DNA from: Veleropilina oligotropha | Lineage: Eukaryota | Assembly: GCA_048128005.1 (NCBI GenBank) | Contig: JBEUKZ010000107.1 | Span: forward strand, 372,001-436,000 | Direction: 5' to 3' | DNA: 64,000 nt | Shown: positions 48,101 through 56,451 of the stretch, one piece after another | Numbering within the stretch: the stretch's first letter is position 1 | Layout of the letters: each line of letters begins with the position of its first letter | Position numbers and translations under genes: made by a program | Notes under the pieces: model-generated | Seen by the model: only the letters and a program-made list of their open reading frames with translations | Database searches by the model: none | Told to the model about the DNA's origin: nothing

Positions 48101-51100
48101 TGACTGGCTGGTGAGGCTGAGCACTCTTTGTTGAGTTAATAGTCCCGGTTGTCTATGACTGGCTGGTGAGGCTGAGCACTCTTTGTTGAGTTAATAGTCC
48201 CGGTTGTCTATGACTGGCTGGTGAGGCTGGGTTTTCCTGGCCGATATTATGCACATGTCCTGATATGATATTGAAAGTTGTTAAAAATAGGATATTATTT
48301 TAAAGCATAGATCCAAATCTAATGTTTTAGATATATTACAAAAATATCATATATTTCATTAATTCATATAATTGACATATTTAATAGAGTTAGATAGTTT
48401 TGAAGTAACCATTGTTTCTGAAATCGTATCGAATACTGCATTATCTTTTAGTGGTTGCTTGCTATGTTTTAGGTCATGGTAAATGTGTTGATTTCATGAA
48501 GAAGTGGAACTTGCCACTGCTTCTGCTGGGAGGAGGGGGCTACACGATACGTAACGTAGCGAGAGCATGGACCTACGAGACCTCCATAGCTCTGGGGGTG
48601 GATGTAGCCAACGGTGAGTAGGGTGATTATTATGTTTCTCGTTTAAAGTCTGGCGGGGCATATAGCGTTTGACACGATCTTCCAACCGATCGACCTTTAG
48701 CGCATCACAAGTCTCCACACGCTGCATGCACCCTCTCTGTATTTGGTGCCTTGGGAGCAGTCCTTGAACGAGTTCGAAGATGGATGACCTGTACCTATTT
48801 TAATTTTGAAGGTCACATACCTCTCTCTATAATGTATACCGCACGCATGACATTCATGGTAACTGTCACTTGAATTAAATATTATAATCAATATATCTAT
48901 TTCTGTCATGCTCATTTTGATGATTATGGGTTTCAGAACTACCCTATAACGACTATTTTGAATATTACGGACCAGACTTCAAGCTTCACATCAGCCCATC
49001 AAATATGGCGAATCAGAACACCACTGAATATATGGAAAAAATCAAGTAAGTCTGAAAATAATGAAAGTTTTAATTATAGTGTTGTGCATTCACATTGGTT
49101 TAATCCGATCCCTTATTGTTGTTTCATTTTATGTTATTTGCTTACTACATCTTTTTCTTTTTCAGAACGCGACTGTTTGAAAACCTGAGAATGCTTCCAC
49201 ATGCTCCGGGAGTGCAAATGCAAGGTAGGTTATAAGGACAAACTATGCAGCATTGTATAGTTATTTTCCCTGCATCACAATTTTTATTCATTTTGTCGTA
49301 ATATTGTTCTGAACATTACGAACTTCAATTGATATTACTATTCATGCTAGATGATTATTTCCCTCCTTCAACCTTTGTATATTTTATCCATGTTACAGTA
49401 GTTTGATATTCAAATTGTAGTTCACGCTCGTATTTACATTTAATTTGCTTTATACAATAGTATAGTTTTAAAAATTGACAAATATTTATTTTAGCGATTC
49501 CGGATGATGCATTTAATGAAGAAAGCGATGACGAAGAAAAGGAAAATCCAGACGAAAGGATTTCAAGTAAGTTTAGCATTCACACGGTTGACGTGACTGG
49601 CATGGATAATCGCATTTTATTTCAAGGTATAAAACGTGACAATTATGATCTGACAGACTTACAGAATTCTTTTCAAATCTATGTGGTTAACATAGATTAA
49701 AAGTCGGACAGTCCATCAGTCTGTCCATCCGACGTTTGACGAGACATAAGTCAGCACGTACTAAATGCAGGTGCTCTGGTGGGCGGTCGAGTTCGGCCAA
49801 GTTTGGCCAAGTTCGGTGATATGTTACATTCGTCAGGCTGACCTTCGTCGTAACATAAGTCATCACGTACTGCATGCAATCTCTATATTTGTCACACTGG
49901 GGTCGGTCTTTTAACGAATTCGGAGATTGGTTGCCTTAATCGATTTTTCAATGTTACGCGCATCTGTAACGTATAGTGTAAGTGCAGGCTCCGAGCAGTC
50001 ATGACGACTGTCTCTATCTAGATTGTTGACTATGTTGTTTAGTATGCTTTGTTGGATTCTATGTATGTCATCAGCGGTTTCTTTCTTGCAGTTCGTGCGA
50101 GCGACAAGCGCATCACGTGTGACGAGGAGTTCTCCGACAGTGACGATGAGGACAGCGGCGGACGGCGAGACCGACACTCGTTCAAGCACAAGCTCAAGAA
50201 ACCACGCCCCGAAGAGGTGAAGAAAGACGTGGCAGGTGAGGCGCAGACATGATTGCTGCTTCGTAGTTCTAGACACAAAACAAAATACTGTGCATGATGT
50301 TTCACCACTCAAATGCTACGTCAGATGGACCACTTAAATAGCCATCCTGAAATTAGCTGTTGACTTTAGTGATAACATTTTGTCATAAAAAGCATCTTAA
50401 AAAGCCTGAATGTCATATTATATTTTACGAGATTTATTAATAGATGCTTAATAATACACCTATGTGTAACCATGAAACTAATTATATACCTGGTTCAGTA
50501 TTCGGACAGACTTCGAAGGACACAATACACCATTGAGATCACAATCAGGATTTCATTTTCGTATTATATTTTTTATTATAAATCCAACATTTCTCTAAAA
50601 TCATCCATAAATTGCAATGCATTTCTGTATAAAACCCAGATCTTTCTGTTGCAGAACCGAAGGAAGAAAAGAAAGAGGTAAAAAAGGAAGCATCTCCTGA
50701 AATCAAGATGGAGAAGGAGAAGCCCAGGTAAGACGATATATGAATATGCATGTTTTAGCACTACTATATGTAAGATATCACTAGTTCATTGTTATTTGAC
50801 CATAAATAATTAATATGGAAGAAAATTTAATTCAAATTTTACCATAAAATGCTACTTTTCGTTAAAGTTTTTGGCTCAATTTTCTCAAACATGCTATATA
50901 TGCAACAATATGCATGTTTTAGCATCTTTCTTTATCAGATATCACTATTTCATTGTCATCTAACTCTAGAGTAGAAATATTTAAAGCAATTTGCTCTATA
51001 GAGGATCTCACATGAGTGGTAGTGTAATATCACATTTATGAAACGAGTTTAACTAATTTTCATGTTTTCCGAGGGTTTGCCGAGGAAAATATGAAAATTA

Positions 51101-54100
51101 GTTAAACGAGTTTCATAAATGTGATATTACACCACCACGAATGTGATGTGCTATTTATCACGTCTGTTTTTGATAAAATTAATTTAAAACAATTCACAAC
51201 TTCGCTATTAGACAGTAGCGACGTTGACACTACGGTGCATTATAAGTAAGATGGAATGACATCATACTCACGCATTACTAAAAATAGTGAAATTTGCTAC
51301 GAAATACAATGTTTACGTTCTTGTAAAAGTATAATTAAAGATTAACAAGCAAATATGTGAAGATAAAATGCTAAAATTTTATATATGTCAATGAAAAAGG
51401 ATAATGAATACTATTTGTGATTAAAATTTACAACGGTAATCCAAACATCTATGTGCGACACGTTATTGTCGATTACGTTTTAGATTGAGTTTGGTCAGAA
51501 TCGTTTCTATATATGGCAATTTTTCGGATGACGTTTCGTCACTTGCGTTTTCATTGGTTACTTTAAGGTCTCTTTGTAAACAGCCAATCGCATTTCGATA
51601 TGGCTTTTGACAAACGTGTAATACGACGAATAATACACAGTGCTGCACTATGGGAAAATGACCAAGACATGTGATAAAACTTTTTATATGCTTTATATGT
51701 CTATTTCAAATTGACGATGTCATCTACTATTGAATGTAGACACAATACTCATGAAATATAAGTGATTGATGCACAGTTCCACATGCGAACCATTTCGAGC
51801 TTTTGATCTTGTTTAAATACAAATGTTGTTTTGTAACTCGCATATTTTTCGCACAAGCGGTTTAAAAAGTTCTGCTATTTGACTATTGGCTAATAGGAAA
51901 TTCAAAAACAAGACAGCAGTGCCGAATTTGGGAAAAATGGAAGTTTGACTTTAACATCAATAGGAGTGTGACTTATGACACTGCACCTGTCGAGCTTGTT
52001 ACATAAAATAACGAATTAAATTTAAGCAGGCATTGACAAATTCAAATACCGAGAGCGAATTTTTCATTGTTTTATATAAATACTGTAATCTAAGAATATA
52101 AAAACACAGCACTACTTTTATTAAATATGCGGACATCACGGGGAAGATAAAAAATGGCGGCTATTAATTGTTGCTGTCGAGAGTTGAATAAAGATCACAA
52201 AAGGTATTTAAGCTTAATTGGGTGGAGCTTTACCTAAGTGTCGAAATTGTCAATTAAATAAAACAAACAATTAAATCGACATTGCATCCACTGTGTCTGT
52301 TCAAGTACCGTGAAGGAATGACTTTGGGCCGCTCTTAAATTAATTAATTGGATTGTGAGATTTATATTTTATTGCATCTTTAAAATTTGAAATAATATAC
52401 ATTGCATCGATGTTAGATGCCATTTCTATTGTCGACGTCAAAACTAATTCTGAAAATGTACACTTTAATCTCTATGCAAGTTCAGCTTAGGATAATTTTT
52501 AAAACGTCTAAATATATTTGGGAGCCATGGTTAGCCCCGCATTGTAACCGATTCCGTGCGTTGTATCGAGGCTGTCGTGTAGTAATGTTTGAATCGTCAC
52601 TTGGTATAAATTTTAGTTAAGTTTTATGTGTGGTCAAGAAATGGTGGTCACTGTTATGAAATATTTGAACTATATTAAAATCATTCAAGCTTTATTTTTC
52701 AATGCTCAGTATATAATTATATTGTGATGAGCAATTTACACACAAACGAAAATTTCAGTCTGTATTTCTGTTTCAGTGAAGAGAAGCCATCTGAAGTAGT
52801 GGAGAAAAAAGGTAATATTAGCAATTGTGTACACAAAATATACCGTATTTCCTTGAATAAACGCCTGGGCGTTTATTTATTCGCGAGGCTGAGGGGAAGC
52901 CTTGACTCAAGGCAGGCGTTTATATTTTCAGACATAATTTCAGAAAAATATGAATGCTATTCTTGAAAATAAGTCACCAAAAATGACCACAGACATCTGA
53001 AACGAGCTGAATGAAATAGTACTGTGAAAATAATCATAATGCACGATGAAATTGACTTGCTCATTTTAATCTGTCTGTATCTTTTGTAAAAATGTTAGGC
53101 GTTGATATTTTTTCACGACGCTCTCGAGGCAGGTATATACTAATGGGCAGCCATGAAATAGTGGATCTTCACTTACCAATTTTTCAAAGGGAAAATTAAT
53201 GATGTGTTTGAACCAAAATGTTATTTACTGATGTTGAACCTGGCTGTATTATGACAATGGTCTCACCGTCTGGATACTAACCTGGCTGTATTATGACAAT
53301 GGTCTCACCATCTGGGTACTAACCTGGCTGTATTATGACAATGGTCTCACCGTCTGGGTACCAACCTGGCTGTATTATGACAATGGTCTCACCGTCTGGG
53401 TCCTAGGCTTTAGATCATGAAAATGGGTCGAGCTTTCCCCCATCTACGAAATTGTTCAAGGGCTGTCCTCAAGGCATCTATTATGATGGACAAACTGACA
53501 TATATACATTCAAAACTCTTATCCATTATTTAGTCGCGGGGCCTAAAATGTACCACTTGACCATAACGCACTGTTTCTTGATAATGCTCAGCTACTTTAC
53601 AATGTGTTGATATTGTTTTTCACAATCCTCTTCAACCGAGTGCCAAAGTCACATATTTTCATGGCACTCATGTTTATTTTTATAAGTCGTTTACAGTAAA
53701 ACTAAGGCCATATAATTATGGACCACTGGCTCATCTGTGTTCGTTCCCACTCCTAAGAAGCAGTGCATTCAGTCGGATGATTGAGAGCATCACTCGTATC
53801 CACTTGTTTACCATACATATATGACCGCTTTGATCGCCATTTGGTCTCGAGTGCCAACTCTGAAATCACTGGTTCGAATCAGGGTTGGGGCAATGGCATT
53901 CACAGTTGTTCGTAGTTAGCCGGAGAGCTTTCCCGGTTTGAATCTGAAAGTTGTAAATATACAGGACATTCGGTAAAAATATTAACGTTAAAGTATTTCT
54001 TGATGAAATTTTTCTGTCATGATTGTCAGCTCAAATCTATTATATATATTAACTGCATTATTCTGAACAATCCATACCTAGAGAAGTTTTAATATCTCAG

Positions 54101-54274
54101 GTTGTAACTTTTCACAGGGTAATTACATGGATAGACAATTATACGTATTACATCCTCTCTAACGTGACAAAATAATTATATGTTTTTCTACTTACAGAAT
54201 CTGAGTCTTCATCAAAGTCAGACCCTTCGGAACTCGAAGAAGCTTCCAACGAGCCGGTGAAGATGGAACATTGA
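18149..54274 (+). CDS. HDAC1: Histone deacetylase 1/2 (Rpd3-like, class I); 16 coding exons, 1548 nt, 515 aa
   Basis: All exon phases are compatible and give one open frame. Motifs: [47 protein letters not shown], and an acidic/basic C-terminal tail. Confidence 0.96.
18858..19300. mobile_element. Probable MITE in intron 1
   Basis: GACTATTGCCCGTAAATG (from 18858) versus CATTTACAGGCAATAGTC (19283-19300), a 17/18 inverted match. TSD unclear. Confidence 0.5.
19659..19771 (+). CDS. HDAC1: HDAC1 exon 2 ([37 protein letters not shown])
   Basis: TTTTAG| acceptor; |GTAAGT donor. Confidence 0.97.
20180..21111 (-). pseudogene. Tc1 transposase pseudogene
   Basis: Start [16 protein letters not shown] at 21111; [16 protein letters not shown]...[12 protein letters not shown] with 34 residues between D and E. 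Stop and frameshifts are present. Confidence 0.88.
22303..24600 (+). pseudogene. DIRS gag-like ORF1, fragmented
   Basis: N-terminal Cys/His cluster [12 protein letters not shown]...CDLC...QW, followed by Ser/Pro-rich segments and [12 protein letters not shown]. Several stops and frameshifts. Confidence 0.6.
24650..26460 (+). pseudogene. DIRS RT - RNase H - methyltransferase-like region
   Basis: [28 protein letters not shown] (25184-25195), [50 protein letters not shown]. The RT part is frameshifted; RH-MT is open in ORF 25303-26874. Confidence 0.92.
26450..27517 (+). pseudogene. DIRS tyrosine recombinase, frameshifted
   Basis: Across frames: [37 protein letters not shown] and [17 protein letters not shown], covering the R-H-R-W-Y catalytic signature. 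Confidence 0.88.
28353..28443. repeat. DIRS internal complementary region (ICR)
   Basis: The first half is the reverse complement of the element's left end (21328-21367); the second half is the reverse complement of its right end (~28701-28755). The halves join through ATATAT. Confidence 0.93.
29302..29419 (+). CDS. HDAC1: HDAC1 exon 3 ([18 protein letters not shown]...QMQR)
   Basis: TTTTAG| acceptor; T|GTAAGA donor. Confidence 0.97.
29767..29841 (+). CDS. HDAC1: HDAC1 exon 4 ([24 protein letters not shown])
   Basis: TTGCAG| acceptor; G|GTAAGT donor. Confidence 0.97.
30130..36853. repeat. Intronic satellite, 32-bp unit, ~150 copies, interrupted at 31555-33468
   Basis: Unit TTTAGACTGCAGTATGGATCACTCTGGGTATC; highly homogeneous. 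Confidence 0.98.
31555..33468. mobile_element. Non-autonomous TIR element (CAGGG ends, 6-bp TSD)
   Basis: TIR CAGGGCTAGCGCTG / CAGCGCGAGCCCTG (13/14); AGTATG duplicated at 31549-31554 and 33469-33474; subterminal TTCGCCAA motifs. Confidence 0.88.
37094..37232 (+). CDS. HDAC1: HDAC1 exon 5 (GAVKLNKQ...[30 protein letters not shown])
   Basis: TTCCAG| acceptor; AA|GTTAGT donor; catalytic HH pair. Confidence 0.97.
37738..37879 (+). CDS. HDAC1: HDAC1 exon 6 ([17 protein letters not shown]...PGTGDLR)
   Basis: ATTAG| acceptor; AGG|GTAGGT donor; Zn-binding DxH. Confidence 0.97.
38666..39900. repeat. Intronic minisatellite with mixed 22-bp and 25-bp units
   Basis: CCACGATATTGGA(A/C)GTATCC(G/T)G and CCACGATATAATTGGATGTATCCGG. 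Confidence 0.97.
40033..40125 (+). CDS. HDAC1: HDAC1 exon 7 ([31 protein letters not shown])
   Basis: TTGTAG| acceptor; |GTAAGT donor. Confidence 0.97.
40538..42754 (+). mobile_element. HINE/pearl-like Helentron-associated element with ~151-bp internal tandem repeats
   Basis: 5' hairpin TATCCCCGAAAT / ATTTCGGGGATA (40542-40570); about five ~151-bp core repeats; 3' GGATACA subTIR-like motif; stem-loop CCTCGAC...GTCGAGG (42723-42743); ends CTAGTT. Confidence 0.78.
40914..42171. mobile_element. Non-autonomous TIR element nested in the HINE (5-bp TSD)
   Basis: Left end CAAGGTTCGCACGCGCTTGAAAAGG versus inverted right end CATGGTTCATACAGACTTGAAAAGG; GATGA at 40909-40913 and 42172-42176; GGCCCTAAA clusters at both ends. 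Confidence 0.78.
43503..43611 (+). CDS. HDAC1: HDAC1 exon 8 ([36 protein letters not shown]), GC donor
   Basis: TTGCAG| acceptor; donor AAAG|GCAAGA is required to give the conserved KGH junction with exon 9. Confidence 0.93.
43705..48228. repeat. Intronic satellite, 55-bp unit, ~64 copies, interrupted at 45819-46820
   Basis: Unit GGCTGAGCACTCTTTGTTGAGTTAATAGTCCCGGTTGTCTATGACTGGCTGGTGA. Confidence 0.98.
45819..46820. mobile_element. piggyBac-like MITE
   Basis: TTAA|CCCTTAACCG ... CGGTTAAGGG|TTAA, inserted at the TTAA of a satellite unit. Confidence 0.9.
48473..48613 (+). CDS. HDAC1: HDAC1 exon 9 ([36 protein letters not shown]...)
   Basis: TTTTAG| acceptor; G|GTGAGT donor; catalytic Tyr in GGGGY. 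Confidence 0.97.
48937..49045 (+). CDS. HDAC1: HDAC1 exon 10 ([23 protein letters not shown]...)
   Basis: TTTCAG| acceptor; AA|GTAAGT donor. Confidence 0.97.
49166..49224 (+). CDS. HDAC1: HDAC1 exon 11 ([19 protein letters not shown])
   Basis: TTTCAG| acceptor; AG|GTAGGT donor. Confidence 0.96.
49495..49566 (+). CDS. HDAC1: HDAC1 exon 12 ([23 protein letters not shown])
   Basis: TTTTAG| acceptor; A|GTAAGT donor. Confidence 0.94.
50092..50235 (+). CDS. HDAC1: HDAC1 exon 13 ([20 protein letters not shown]...KKDVA)
   Basis: TTGCAG| acceptor; CAG|GTGAGG donor; IxCxE and SDSD motifs. Confidence 0.94.
50655..50727 (+). CDS. HDAC1: HDAC1 exon 14 ([23 protein letters not shown])
   Basis: TTGCAG| acceptor; CAG|GTAAGA donor; phases 1 and 2 fit. 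Confidence 0.88.
50998..51679 (+). mobile_element. Non-coding interspersed repeat with a long 5' hairpin (family A, copy 2)
   Basis: Hairpin 51008-51146; TTTATCAC just after it and GTGATAAA at the far end; homologous to 9803-10708. Confidence 0.85.
52777..52811 (+). CDS. HDAC1: HDAC1 exon 15 (35 nt; [11 protein letters not shown])
   Basis: TTTCAG| acceptor; AAG|GTAATA donor; bridges phase 2 (exon 14) to phase 1 (exon 16). Confidence 0.82.
53237..53400. repeat. Minisatellite, 42-bp unit, ~4 copies
   Basis: AACCTGGCTGTATTATGACAATGGTCTCACCGTCTGGGTACT starting at 53237, 53279, 53321 and 53363. Confidence 0.92.
54198..54274 (+). CDS. HDAC1: HDAC1 last coding exon ([24 protein letters not shown])
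   Basis: CTTACAG| acceptor; TGA at 54272-54274; AT-rich UTR-like sequence follows. Confidence 0.82.
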
Positions 54275-54736
54275 GGTGCATCCGTGCTAGATCGACATAA
54301 TCATCGCCATCGACTCCATTCTAACTTATATTTACACGATCATCAAACATCATGCATCACAACTTGACGTCACATCAATAAGTGTTCGTTGCCCATGTGA
54401 AACATTGAAATGTCTAGTGCTGTTGTAAAGAACACAGTATGTCTATTTTGAACGTTTTCTGGAAGTCACAGCAGACGACAAATTTTATCTGTTGTGCTCT
54501 CTTTGTCAGCATATTATTAGCGGCTTAATTCTAACATTTGTTTAAATTAATTAAAAAAGAAAATTTCTTTTCTTTATTGAGATTTTGTCAACAACTGGGC
54601 AGCTTTTGTCCATAAAGAAATGTACATTTAATTATATTTGTCACCAGAAAATATTTGTAGTTTACTACAAGTATTAGTTTAACAAAGATATGTTAAATGC
54701 AGAGCATGTGCCAAGTGTTGACTTTGAACTATTTTG

Positions 54737-54844
54737 AATAAATAAACATGTAAACTTATGTTGACGACAGTACAGGATTTGGTTATTAAACAATGAACTT
54801 GTCATATATGCATGTTTATATAGGCAATACATCTTTTAAATAAA
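54737..54844 (+). terminator. Candidate polyadenylation signals of HDAC1
   Basis: Overlapping AATAAA at 54737-54746 and another at 54839-54844, followed by GT-rich TGTTTTGTTT. Confidence 0.5.
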
Positions 54845-54884
54845 TTTTGATATTTAAGATTGTTTTGTTTGGATTCTATAATAT

Positions 54885-56050
54885 ACTTCTTCTTCTTTCG
54901 GTAATGTGCCGTGCTCAATGTTCAGCATAGTCACACATGGTTAAAAGGTTAAAATCATGTTGTGTCGAGACTCGCATCGAATAAAAACATGATAAAAACA
55001 TTGGCTGCCTATGAGTGAAACATTCCGATCCTGAACTTGAATAATTCCAGAGGGTCGGCATCCATGATGCTGGCTGGCAGTTGGTTCCACATTCGAATAC
55101 CGGTTGGAAAGAAGGACTCCTGGTATGATCCTATATTGCAAAAAGGCTGGATGTATCTGGCAGCGTGTCCTAGAGTCCTTGTACCAGTTGGTTGGAGATG
55201 GATATCCGGTATATCATGATGGCCCTAGCCTGGGCTCTTCTCGCTTGAAGGCTCTCGAGTTAAAGGTCCTCTAGCATGGAAGATACGCTGCTGGTCTTGC
55301 GGTAATCCCCCATAATGAACCGGGCCACTCTCCTCTGCCTCCAGGGGGTTGATTTGGGACTTGGAGGAATTGTCCCAAACTGTGGCAGCATACTCCAACT
55401 GTGGTCAAACCAGTATCTTATAGCTGATAGCAGGTAGCCTTGATGTTCTTTGGGCACGAGGATGTGTAATTTATGAAGGCAGTAAATTAGGAAGGAAGTG
55501 GTGACGTGCCTGTCCATGACAGTTTCCGGTCGATGGTGACTCTCAGGTATTTGGCATTGTCGGTCAGTTTCAGATTGTATCCGTGGATGGTGTATGTACC
55601 AGCAATAATTTTTCATTTTTGTGTGATACGTATCACTTCGCACTTCTCTGGATTGAAATCCATTCCCCAGTCTTTTCCCACTGCTGTAACGAGTCCAGGT
55701 CTTTCACATCATCCTCTCCGTTTATAGTTCAATACACCAAGCAGTCGCCAGCAAACAATCGAGTTGTCGAATTTACTCTGCCCTGTAAATCGGTGATATA
55801 AACTAGAAACAACAGGGGTCCCATGACTGTACCTTGGGGAACTCCGGAAGTCCATATTAGAGGTTCTCTCCACCACTACCTGTTGTGAGCGGTCTGACAA
55901 GAAGTCTGAAATCCATGCTAACGTGGTTCCTCTGACGCCGTAATGTTGTAGTTTAGCTGATAGTCGTCGATGTGGGACCTTGTTGAATGCCTTGCTGAAA
56001 TCCAACAGCGTCGATGAGTCGAGCGTCTTGTACATGATAGTATTGCTGAT
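54885..56050 (-). mobile_element. CR1-like LINE 3' fragment
   Basis: LDFSKAFNKVPHRRL, YGVRG and RRVARFIMGDYRKTSSVSSML; SFFP..IRMWNQLP encoded near 55075-55115; (AAG)n tail at ~54885-54897. Confidence 0.85.
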
Positions 56051-56451
56051 CATTTACTCGTACCGATTGTTCAAATCCTCGGCTCTGGGGACTTTGTGAT
56101 ATCGAGTGCCGACACGGAGTTCACTGGCTGGAATGCACTAAGTAACAGGAGTGGGCTCAAATTTAAGTTGAGATATGACATTCTTTGTTCAGTTATCAAT
56201 CACAGTTGTCCGTAATTGGCCAATTTCCCCCGGGCTTTCCTCCCGCGATAATATCGACAATATCGTCTTGCCTTGAATCTAAAGGTTGTAAATATATAAG
56301 ACATTAAGCATCGAGCCAATCCAACTGTGTTGCGTTATGTCATACTGTTAACTGCCTAGAACTCCAGTAATAATTGTGACATGGCCTGCAGCTGTTAGGG
56401 TGTTAAGCATCAATGCAATCAACAGGACTAATGGTGCTCAACTCGTGCGAC

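Noticed and set aside
49701..49910. Possible TTAA-flanked MITE (AAGTCGGAC / GTCGGTCTT)
   Set aside because: The inverted match is too short and imperfect.
53830..53975. B-box-like GGTTCGAATC with similarity to ~56200-56310
   Set aside because: Likely a degraded SINE, but with no A box, tail or TSD to define it.
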